Assembly: GCA_964623955.1 (NCBI GenBank) | Contig: CAZUVO010000001.1 | Coordinates: 1 to 32,782 of the forward strand | Direction of reading: 5' to 3' | Origin: an uncultured Rhizobiaceae bacterium | GTDB taxonomy: Bacteria > Pseudomonadota > Alphaproteobacteria > UBA828 | DNA: 32,782 bases | Shown: one piece after another, positions 1-7,557 of the stretch | How positions within the stretch are numbered: the first letter of the stretch is position 1 | Layout of the letters: every line of letters starts with the position of its first letter | Made by a program: the position numbers and the translations under genes | The notes under the pieces: model-generated | The model's input: only the letters and a program-made list of their open reading frames with translations | Told to the model about the DNA's origin: nothing | Databases searched by the model: none

Positions 1-2
1 CC

Positions 3-425
3 GAAACCGATTTTCACGTCTTCCATCCCGGCGGAAAACTCGGCCAAAGCCTGGTGCGCGTGCGCGACATCATGCATGGCGAAGCGGACCTGCCGCTGGT
101 CGCTCCGGACATGGCGATGTCGGAAGTGCTTATCGTGATGACAGCGAAGCGCTTCGGCTGTGTCGGCGTGATCGACGAGGCGGGCGATCTCCTTGGTATC
201 GTCACGGATGGCGATCTGCGCCGCAATCTCGCCGACGATCTCCTTGAGCGGACGGCCGGCGAGCTGATGACGGGCGAGCCGCAAACCATCCGCGAGGATG
301 CCCTCGCCGCCGAAGCGGTGAGGACAATGAACGCGCGCGAGATCACCGGTCTGTTCGTTACCGACGGCGCGCGGCCGGTCGGCATTCTCCACATTCATGA
401 TTGCTTGAGGGCGGGTATTGCATGA
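3..425 (+). CDS. kdsD: KpsF/GutQ family arabinose-5-phosphate isomerase, C-terminal CBS pair (5' truncated by window edge)
   Basis: Frame is open from base 3 and reads FHPGGKLG followed by two CBS-like repeats ending LHIHDCLRAG. It lies directly upstream of lptCAB, the usual synteny. Confidence 0.92.
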   Translation, partial: ETDFHVFHPGGKLGQSLVRVRDIMHGEADLPLVAPDMAMSEVLIVMTAKRFGCVGVIDEAGDLLGIVTDGDLRRNLADDLLERTAGELMTGEPQTIREDALAAEAVRTMNAREITGLFVTDGARPVGILHIHDCLRAGIA

Positions 426-1117
426 GCACCCCGGGGCGATATGGCGGCACGGTGCCGCCGCGCGAAAACGCGCCGCGCTTGGCCGGCCTTCAGGCCCGCA
501 GCCGCGAAGGCGCCGCCGGGCGCGCCGGCGGCTACAGCAATTTCGTCGGCTTCATGCGCTATGCCCTGCCGCTCGGCGCGCTGTTGCTGCTCGGCCTGGT
601 CATCGTCTGGCCGCTGGCGACCGGGCGCGAGGAGGGCTTCCGCATCACCTTCTCCGACGCGCCCGATCTCGATGGCTCGCTCCGCATGGTGAACGCCCGC
701 TATATCGGCGTCGACAACCGCAACCAGCCCTACACGGTGACCGCGGCGGAAGCCAACCAGCCCGATGCCAACTCGCCCCTCATCACCCTGGAAGAAATTT
801 CCGCCGATGTGTTCACCGATGCCGGCGCCGGGCAGTGGATCGCGCTCACCGCGCGCGAAGGTCTCTATGAGCGCGACGCGCGCCAGCTCGATCTCGCCGG
901 CGACGTGTCGATCTTCTCCGACCAGGGGCACGAATTTCACACCGACCGCGCCCATGTCGATCTCGCGGCGCGCACCGCCGACGGCGATGCGCCGCTCTCC
1001 GGCCAGGGCCCTCTCGGCCTGCTCGAAGCCGGCAATTTCTTTTTGGACGACAATGCCCAGTCCATGTTTTTCGGCGGCGGCGTAAAGATGACCATATTCC
1101 CGAGCGGGCGGAGCTGA
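422..1117 (+). CDS. lptC: LPS export ABC transporter periplasmic protein LptC
   Basis: ATG overlaps the kdsD stop (ATGA). One N-terminal TM segment (ALPLGALLLLGLVIVWPL) precedes a beta-rich domain; sits between kdsD and lptA. Confidence 0.85.
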   Translation: MSTPGRYGGTVPPRENAPRLAGLQARSREGAAGRAGGYSNFVGFMRYALPLGALLLLGLVIVWPLATGREEGFRITFSDAPDLDGSLRMVNARYIGVDNRNQPYTVTAAEANQPDANSPLITLEEISADVFTDAGAGQWIALTAREGLYERDARQLDLAGDVSIFSDQGHEFHTDRAHVDLAARTADGDAPLSGQGPLGLLEAGNFFLDDNAQSMFFGGGVKMTIFPSGRS

Positions 1118-1121
1118 CGGC

Positions 1122-1661
1122 ATGACTTTTAGATGGATCACTTCCCTGGCCGCGGCCGCATTACTCCTCGCTGCCGCCGTTCCGCCGGCCATGGCGCAGC
1201 TCGACCAGCTGAACGACGATCATGACAGCGGCGCGCCGATCGAAATCACCGCCGATACCCTCGAGGTGCGGCAGAGCGAGAATCTCGCGATCTTCCGCGG
1301 CGATGTCGACGCGATCCTGGGCGACATGCTGCTCAAGGCCGACATGCTCATCGTGCATTACCGCGACAACAAGGAATCGCCGGACGAGCCGGGAATTTCG
1401 CAGATCGACGCGGAAGGCAATGTCTTCGTCTCCTCGCCCAACGAGACCGCCCAGGGCGCGCGCGGCATTTATGACGTCGACAATAAGAAGATCTGGCTGA
1501 CCGGCCAGGTGGTGCTGACCCAGGGCGACAACATCATTCAGGGCGAGCAGCTCGAGCTCGATCTGGTGACCGGCAAAAGCAAGGTTTTGAGCGCGGTAAA
1601 CGAGGACGGCGAGCGCGAACGGGTGCGCGGCCTCTTTGTGCCAAAAAAAGAAAATAATTAA
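1122..1661 (+). CDS. lptA: LPS transport periplasmic protein LptA (OstA-like)
   Basis: Signal peptide ending AMA, then PIEITAD..AIFRGDV..LTQGDNII.GEQL..DL OstA-type pattern; synteny. Confidence 0.9.
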   Translation: MTFRWITSLAAAALLLAAAVPPAMAQLDQLNDDHDSGAPIEITADTLEVRQSENLAIFRGDVDAILGDMLLKADMLIVHYRDNKESPDEPGISQIDAEGNVFVSSPNETAQGARGIYDVDNKKIWLTGQVVLTQGDNIIQGEQLELDLVTGKSKVLSAVNEDGERERVRGLFVPKKENN

Positions 1662-1684
1662 CCAATCTGGGGTATAAGCAACCT

Positions 1685-2500
1685 ATGCCAGACGGTGAGG
1701 ATTTGATTATCCCATTGAAGAAGGACGGTGGCGGCGACGGCACGGGTGCCGGCGCGGCGCCACGCTTGGTCGCGGAAAGCACCGGCCTGGCCGCGCACAA
1801 TCTCGGCAAGCGCTTCAAGAAGCGCCCGGTGTTGCGCGATGTGAGCCTCTATGTGCGGCGCGGCGAGGCGGTCGGCCTGCTCGGCCCGAATGGCGCCGGC
1901 AAAACCACTTGCTTCTATGTCATGACCGGCCTGATCGCCTCGGAATATGGCACCGTCTCGCTCGACGGCCACGATATTACCGATCTGCCGATGTATCGCC
2001 GGGCGCGTCTCGGCGTCGGCTATTTGCCGCAGGAGGCATCGATCTTTCGCGGTCTCACGGTCGAGAACAATATCCGCGCGGTGCTTGAGGTTGTCGAGCC
2101 GGTGCGCGAAAAGCGAGAAACCCTGCTCGACGAATTGCTCGCCGAGTTTTCCGTGACCCATCTCCGCCGCACCCCGGCGCTGGCGCTTTCCGGCGGCGAA
2201 CGCCGGCGGGTGGAGATCGCCCGGGCGCTCGCCTCGAAACCGAGCTTCATGCTGCTCGACGAGCCGCTCGCCGGCATCGATCCGATCGCCGTGGCGGAAA
2301 TCCGCGAGCTGGTGGCGCATCTCAAGGATCGCGGCATCGGTGTGTTGCTGACCGATCACAATGTGCGCGAGACCCTCGAAATCGTCGACCGTGCCTACAT
2401 CCTCTATGAGGGCGCGATCCTGATGGAGGGCGCACCGTCCGATATCGTCAGCAATGAAGAAGTCCGGCGGGTCTATCTCGGCGACCAGTTTCAGCTGTAG
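1685..2500 (+). CDS. lptB: LPS export ABC transporter ATP-binding protein LptB
   Basis: Walker A GPNGAGKT, YLPQEASIFR, signature LSGGERRR, LLDEP, TDHNVRETL and VYLG end. Confidence 0.97.
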   Translation: MPDGEDLIIPLKKDGGGDGTGAGAAPRLVAESTGLAAHNLGKRFKKRPVLRDVSLYVRRGEAVGLLGPNGAGKTTCFYVMTGLIASEYGTVSLDGHDITDLPMYRRARLGVGYLPQEASIFRGLTVENNIRAVLEVVEPVREKRETLLDELLAEFSVTHLRRTPALALSGGERRRVEIARALASKPSFMLLDEPLAGIDPIAVAEIRELVAHLKDRGIGVLLTDHNVRETLEIVDRAYILYEGAILMEGAPSDIVSNEEVRRVYLGDQFQL

Positions 2501-2514
2501 GAAGCTTCCCTCCG

Positions 2515-4029
2515 ATGGCGATATCTCCCCGCCTGGATATGCGCCAGGGCCAGTCCCTGGTGATGACGCCGCAATTGCAGCAGTCGATCAAGCTGATGCA
2601 GCTCAACAATATCGAGCTCTCCGAATTCATCGATACCGAGCTGGAAAAGAACCCGCTGCTCGAGCGCCAGGACGGCGCACTCGGCGAAAGCGACACGCCG
2701 GACGCGCCGGACGGAAGCCCCGCGGACGGCGATCCGCTCGCCTCCGATTCGGCGCTCGAGCGCAATGCCGACATGCCCGAGGGCCAGGATCTCGCCGACA
2801 TCGATTTGAACGCCGATGACTATTGGTCGGCGGGCGGCACCGCGGGCAGTAGCCCGGGCGGCATGAACGGCAGCGCCCCGGTTGCCCGGCGCGGCACGGG
2901 CGATCTCGACGGCATCGATCTCGCCGAATCGGCGCCCGAGACCCTGCGCGAGCATCTCCTGGCGCAACTCGGCATGGAAATCTCCGAGCCTTCCGACCGG
3001 CTGATCGGCAGCGCGCTGATCGACATGGTCGACGATGCCGGCTATCTCGCCGGCGATCTCGCCGCCGTGGCCGAGCGTTTCGCCTGCCCGGTGGCGCGCG
3101 TCGAGGCTGTCCTCGAGACGCTGCAAGGCTTCGACCCGCCCGGCGTGTTCGCGCGCAATCTCGGCGAATGCCTGGCGATACAATTGCGCGACGCCGGGCG
3201 CTTCGATCCCGCCATGGCGGCGCTGATCGACAATCTCGACAGCATGGCGGTGGGCGATGCCTCCGGGCTGATGAAGCTCTGCGGTGTCGACAATGAAGAT
3301 TTGGTGGAGATGGCGGCCGAGGTCAAAGGGCTCAATCCCAAGCCGGGCCTCGCCTTCGAGCATGATGTGGTGCAGACCATCGTGCCCGATGTGTTCATCC
3401 GCCCGCTGCCCGGCGGCGGCTGGAGCGTGGAGCTCAACAATGAGACCCTGCCACGGGTCATGGTCGACACCCATTATTATGCCGAGCTGCGCGAGCTCGC
3501 GACCGACAGCGAAGCGCGCAGCTTCATCTCGGATTGCTATCAGAACGCAAACTGGCTGGTGCGCGCCGTCGATCAGCGCGCCCGCACCATCTTGAAGGTC
3601 GCGACCGAGTTGGTGCGCCTGCAGGACGCCTTCTTTGCCCATGGCGTGCAGGAGCTGCGCCCGCTGACCCTTGCCACGGTGGCCGAGAATGTCGGCGTGC
3701 ATGAGAGCACCGTCAGCCGGGTCAGCAACAATAAATATATCGGCACGCCGCGCGGCACCTATGAGATCAAATTCTTCTTCTCCGGCGGGCTGTCGAGCAA
3801 TGAAGGCGGCGAGGCGCATGCCGCCGAGGCCGTGCGCCACCAAATACGCGATCTGATCGACGGGGAAACCCGCGGTACGGTGCTGTCCGATGACGGGATC
3901 GCCGAGATACTGAAGCGTTCCGGCATCGATATCGCGCGCCGGACCGTGGCCAAATACCGCGAATCGATGGGCATTCCCTCGTCGGTGCAGCGGCGCCGGG
4001 CATTGGCGAAAGCGGAACACGGATTATAG
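2515..4029 (+). CDS. rpoN: RNA polymerase sigma-54 factor
   Basis: Region I MTPQLQQSIKLMQL, HTH HESTVSRV and RpoN box ARRTVAKYRE. Confidence 0.98.
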   Translation: MAISPRLDMRQGQSLVMTPQLQQSIKLMQLNNIELSEFIDTELEKNPLLERQDGALGESDTPDAPDGSPADGDPLASDSALERNADMPEGQDLADIDLNADDYWSAGGTAGSSPGGMNGSAPVARRGTGDLDGIDLAESAPETLREHLLAQLGMEISEPSDRLIGSALIDMVDDAGYLAGDLAAVAERFACPVARVEAVLETLQGFDPPGVFARNLGECLAIQLRDAGRFDPAMAALIDNLDSMAVGDASGLMKLCGVDNEDLVEMAAEVKGLNPKPGLAFEHDVVQTIVPDVFIRPLPGGGWSVELNNETLPRVMVDTHYYAELRELATDSEARSFISDCYQNANWLVRAVDQRARTILKVATELVRLQDAFFAHGVQELRPLTLATVAENVGVHESTVSRVSNNKYIGTPRGTYEIKFFFSGGLSSNEGGEAHAAEAVRHQIRDLIDGETRGTVLSDDGIAEILKRSGIDIARRTVAKYRESMGIPSSVQRRRALAKAEHGL

Positions 4030-4087
4030 TATAATCCCTTGAAGTGATTATATAAATATTGAGAGAAGCCGATCCCGGGCGGACCTA

Positions 4088-4116
4088 TTGACTCGCTTCG
4101 GAGGTGGAACTATGTT
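4088..4116 (+). promoter_or_regulatory. Putative sigma-70 promoter for hpf-ptsN
   Basis: TTGACT (4088-4093) - 17 nt - TATGTT (4111-4116) in the intergenic gap, 80 nt before the hpf start. Confidence 0.55.
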
Positions 4117-4195
4117 GCTGCGCCTTTCCGAACCGGGGCGGTTAGCCTTTATAATTGGATCATCTGCGCGCCGGGTCGCGTGAAGGGATTTTGCC

Positions 4196-4795
4196 ATGCA
4201 ACTCACCGTCAAAGGCAGACATGTCGGAGTCAGCGAGCGCTTGCGCGAACATGTGCGCGAACGCCTTGAATCGGCGATCAGCAAATATTTCACCGCCGCG
4301 ATCGATGCCCATGTGGTGTTCGAAAGCAGCAAGCGTAGTTTCGAGGCGCATATCACCATACATGTCGGTTCCGGAATAACCCTGCAGGGCCAGGGCGAGG
4401 CGGACGAAATCTTCGCCTGCTTCGATATCGCCGCCGGGCGGGTCGAAAAGCGGCTGAGGCGCTATAAGCGCCGGCTGCGCGATCATCATCGCGGGCGCGG
4501 CGGCCATGGCGAGCCGGTCTCGGCGCGCCAATTCGTCATCGAGGCCGAGGCCGAGCCCGAGGACCATCATGCAGAGGCGCACGAGGAGCCGGATAATCTC
4601 GCCCCCGTCATCGTCGCCGAGGCGACCACCGAGATCGCCGAGCTGACCGTCGGCGAAGCGGTCATGCGCATGGATTTGGCGGAATTGCCGGCCCTGATGT
4701 TCTTCAATCGCAGCCATGGCGGCATGAATGTCGTGTTCCGCCGCCCCGACGGCAATATTGGCTGGATCGACCCGCAAATTACGGCGGCCGAATAG
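4196..4795 (+). CDS. hpf: Ribosome hibernation promoting factor, long form (RaiA/HPF plus C-terminal S30AE domain)
   Basis: N-terminal S30AE fold ending EKRLRRYKRRL and C-terminal LTVGEAVMRMDL..NVVFRRPDGNIGWIDP; directly follows rpoN. Confidence 0.94.
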   Translation: MQLTVKGRHVGVSERLREHVRERLESAISKYFTAAIDAHVVFESSKRSFEAHITIHVGSGITLQGQGEADEIFACFDIAAGRVEKRLRRYKRRLRDHHRGRGGHGEPVSARQFVIEAEAEPEDHHAEAHEEPDNLAPVIVAEATTEIAELTVGEAVMRMDLAELPALMFFNRSHGGMNVVFRRPDGNIGWIDPQITAAE

Positions 4796-4813
4796 CGGGC
4801 CGGAGAAGAGGCG

Positions 4814-5278
4814 ATGGAAATAGCGGATATCCTCTCGTTGAACGCCGTGCTGGCCAATCTCAAGGCTGGCAGCAAGAAGCAGTTGTTGCAGGAATTGGCT
4901 GCCGTGGCGGCGGACGAGACCGGCGTGCATGAGCGCACGATTTTCGACGTGCTGCTCGAGCGCGAGCGTCTCGGCTCCACCGGCGTCGGCAAGGGGATCG
5001 CCATCCCGCACGGCAAACTGGGCGAAATCGACCGGCTCTATGCGGTGTTCGCCAAGCTTCCCGCGTCGGTCGATTTCGAGGCGATCGACGAGCAGCCGGT
5101 CGATTTGATCTTTCTCCTGCTCGCGCCCGAGGGCGCCGGCGCGGATCATTTGAAGGCGCTCGCGCGCATCTCGCGCCTGCTGCGCGACGAGGATGTCTGC
5201 GCCCGCCTGCGCGGCTCGGACAATCCCGAGGCGCTCTACGCCCTCCTCACCCAAACCGCCGAGGCGCCGGCGGCCTAA
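4814..5278 (+). CDS. ptsN: PTS EIIA-Ntr nitrogen regulatory protein
   Basis: LERERLGSTGVGKGIAIPH (phospho-His) and HLKALARISRLLRD; rpoN-hpf-ptsN synteny. Confidence 0.96.
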   Translation: MEIADILSLNAVLANLKAGSKKQLLQELAAVAADETGVHERTIFDVLLERERLGSTGVGKGIAIPHGKLGEIDRLYAVFAKLPASVDFEAIDEQPVDLIFLLLAPEGAGADHLKALARISRLLRDEDVCARLRGSDNPEALYALLTQTAEAPAA

Positions 5279-5311
5279 CTTGCCATGACCATAGTGCGGC
5301 GCCGCGTTGGA

Positions 5312-5340
5312 TTGACAGGGGACCGGCGGCGTTTCACCCT
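5312..5340 (+). promoter_or_regulatory. Putative sigma-70 promoter for hprK-rapZ
   Basis: Perfect -35 TTGACA (5312-5317) - 17 nt - CACCCT (5335-5340; keeps A-11 and T-7). Confidence 0.4.
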
Positions 5341-5814
5341 ATGGGCGGCATGCATCTCATTCACGCAACCTGCATCGCTTTAGACGGCGAAGGCGTTCTT
5401 CTGCGCGGGCCCTCCGGCGCGGGGAAATCGGATTTGGCGTTGCGCCTGATCGATGGCGGCGCAAGCCTTGTCGCCGATGACCAGGTTCAGTGCCGGTGCG
5501 ACGGCGGGACCCTCTACGCTTCCGCCCCGCCGGCGCTCGCCGGGGTGATCGAGGTGCGCGGTCTCGGGCCGGTGCGCATGGAACATCTGCCGCGCGTTCC
5601 GCTCCGCCTGGTCGCCGATCTGGTGACGCCGGATCGCATCGAGCGTCTGCCGCAACCCGCCACCTGCCACCTCGACGATATCGAAGTGCCGCTGATCGCC
5701 GTGGCGCCGTTCGAGGCCTCGGCGCCGGCCAAGCTCGCCCTTGCCTGCCGCATGGCGGCGCGCGGCGAGGCGCCGCTCGTGTATCTGGCGCCGGCCCGGG
5801 CGGAGAGCTCATGA
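5341..5814 (+). CDS. hprK: HPr kinase/phosphorylase, short alphaproteobacterial form (true start may be ATG 5350)
   Basis: IHATCI, Walker A GPSGAGKS, LVADD, IEVRGLG. Lacks the N-terminal domain of firmicute HprK. Confidence 0.9.
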   Translation: MGGMHLIHATCIALDGEGVLLRGPSGAGKSDLALRLIDGGASLVADDQVQCRCDGGTLYASAPPALAGVIEVRGLGPVRMEHLPRVPLRLVADLVTPDRIERLPQPATCHLDDIEVPLIAVAPFEASAPAKLALACRMAARGEAPLVYLAPARAESS

Positions 5815-6749
5815 GCGTGGCCGCCGAAGCGCAGACGCCACGCCGCCGGCTTCTTCTCGTTACCGGCATGTCCGGCGCCGGCAAATCCACGGCGCTGAAG
5901 GTGCTTGAGGATATCGGCTATGAGGTGGTCGACAATTTGCCGCTCTCGCTGCTGCCGGATCTGGTCCGGCCGCGCGGTTCGGCGGTCGGCGATGCCGCCG
6001 CGGCCTTCAACCGGCCGCTTGCGCTCTGCGTCGATGTGCGCACGCGCCAATTCGATATCGAGCATTTCGAGCATGATATCGCGCCGCTCCTCGACCGCAC
6101 CGATCTCGATGTCACCCTCCTGTTTCTCGATGGCGATGACGAAGCGCTGCGCCGGCGCTTCACCGAGTCCCGGCGGCCCCACCCGCTCGCCGTCGACCGC
6201 CCGGTAATCGACGGCATCCGGCGCGAGCGCGAGCGTCTCGACTGGCTGCGCCGGCGTGCCGATCTCACGGTCAATACCACCGAACTCGAGATCATGGATC
6301 TGCGCCGGCTGCTGGCCGGTCATTTTTCCCATCCGCGGGCGCGCGAGCTCAGCATTTTCGTCATGTCCTTCTCCTATCCGCGCGGCCTGCCGGCGGATAC
6401 CGACCTGGTGTTCGATGTGCGCTTTCTCTCCAATCCGCATTATCAGGACAATCTCAGGCCTTTGAGCGGCCTGGATTTGGCCGTCGGCCGGCATATTGAG
6501 GCGGATTCGGCCTTCGCCGCCTTTTTTGCTAGTCTGAAAGACATGCTCCTCACGCTCTTGCCGGCCTATGAGCGCGAGGGTAAATCCTATTTGACGATTG
6601 CGATGGGCTGTACGGGAGGACGGCACCGCTCCGTATTCGTCGCCGAGCGGGTCGCCGAGGCGCTGCGCGAAGCCGGCCGGCAGGTCGGCGTGCGGCATCG
6701 CGATCTGGAGGGCGGAACGGAGCACAGCAAAGCCAAAGAGAGCAGCTAG
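5811..6749 (+). CDS. rapZ: RNase adapter RapZ (YvcJ family P-loop protein)
   Basis: ATG overlaps the hprK stop; TGMSGAGKS, VDNLP, RRPHPL, FDVRFL.NPH and GCTGGRHRSV motifs. Confidence 0.96.
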   Translation: MSVAAEAQTPRRRLLLVTGMSGAGKSTALKVLEDIGYEVVDNLPLSLLPDLVRPRGSAVGDAAAAFNRPLALCVDVRTRQFDIEHFEHDIAPLLDRTDLDVTLLFLDGDDEALRRRFTESRRPHPLAVDRPVIDGIRRERERLDWLRRRADLTVNTTELEIMDLRRLLAGHFSHPRARELSIFVMSFSYPRGLPADTDLVFDVRFLSNPHYQDNLRPLSGLDLAVGRHIEADSAFAAFFASLKDMLLTLLPAYEREGKSYLTIAMGCTGGRHRSVFVAERVAEALREAGRQVGVRHRDLEGGTEHSKAKESS

Positions 6750-6827
6750 AATTACCCGGCGCGGCGGTTGCGCCGCCCGGTTGAACCGCACCGCCCGCGA
6801 GGCGGTGGAATTTGCTTGGGAGAGAAA

Positions 6828-7235
6828 ATGATCGGTCTCGTCTTGGTGACCCATGGCCGTCTGGCGGAGGAATTCGTCGCGGCGACGGAGCATGTGGTCG
6901 GCCGTCAGGCCAACACCCGCGCCGTCTGTATCGGCGCGGATGATGATATGGAGCTTCGGCGCAAGGACATCATCGCCGCCATCAGCGACGTCGATGACGG
7001 CCATGGCGTGATCCTGTTGACCGATATGTTCGGCGGCACGCCGTCCAATCTCGCCATTTCGGTGATGGACCAGGCGAAGGTCGAGGTCGTCGCCGGCATG
7101 AACCTGCCGATGCTGATCAAGCTCGCCAGCGTACGCGACCAGGACAATCTGGCGGAGGCGGTCGCCCTTGCCCAGGAAGCCGGGCGTAAATACATAAACG
7201 TGGCGAGCAGACTGTTGGAGGGAGACGAAGCATGA
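6828..7235 (+). CDS. manX: PTS EIIA-Man family stand-alone component
   Basis: GGGAGAG SD then MIGLVLVTHG (phospho-His), LTDMFGGTPSN, GMNLPMLI. Confidence 0.93.
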   Translation: MIGLVLVTHGRLAEEFVAATEHVVGRQANTRAVCIGADDDMELRRKDIIAAISDVDDGHGVILLTDMFGGTPSNLAISVMDQAKVEVVAGMNLPMLIKLASVRDQDNLAEAVALAQEAGRKYINVASRLLEGDEA

Positions 7236-7261
7236 GCGGCCTGTCGGCGATCCGCGCATGA
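7232..7261 (+). CDS. 9-aa mini-ORF (MSGLSAIRA) linking manX and ptsH
   Basis: ATG 7232 overlaps the manX TGA and follows GGAGGGAG; its TGA (7259-7261) overlaps the ptsH ATG (7258). Confidence 0.4.
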   Translation: MSGLSAIRA

Positions 7262-7557
7262 GCGGCGCCGACACGCCCGCGGAAGGGGAGTTCGAACGGC
7301 GTTCCTGCCTCATCGGCAACCGCTTGGGGCTGCACGCCCGCGCGGCGGCGAAATTCGTCCGCATGGCGGGCTCTTTCGAGGCCGAGGTCTGGGTCGTGCG
7401 CAACGGCACCCGGGTCTCCGGCGTCTCCATCCTCGGGCTGATGATGCTGGCCGCCGCGCCGGGGACGGAAATCACCCTGGAGGCGCGCGGGCCTCAAACC
7501 GAAGACGTGCTCAACGCGTTGGTTAAATTGGTGGACGATAATTTCGATGAAGACTGA
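7258..7557 (+). CDS. ptsH: Phosphocarrier protein HPr/NPr
   Basis: GLHARAAAK (His15 equivalent) and SILGLMML (Ser46 equivalent, HprK target). Confidence 0.96.
   Translation: MSGADTPAEGEFERRSCLIGNRLGLHARAAAKFVRMAGSFEAEVWVVRNGTRVSGVSILGLMMLAAAPGTEITLEARGPQTEDVLNALVKLVDDNFDED

Noticed and set aside
1642-1664. A-rich run at the end of lptA as a slippage/frameshift site
   Set aside because: It simply encodes KKENN-stop; both flanking genes are full length.
4105-4118. Sigma-54 promoter TGGAACTATGTTGC upstream of hpf
   Set aside because: GG and GC are 9 nt apart rather than the obligatory 10; the sigma-70 reading fits better.
5490-5810. Long N-terminal extensions in the ORF track for rapZ (also ahcY 9136, addB 15600, addA 18401, aminotransferase 24471)
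   Set aside because: Mostly they overlap upstream genes; downstream starts with SD or stop/start overlaps match family N-termini.
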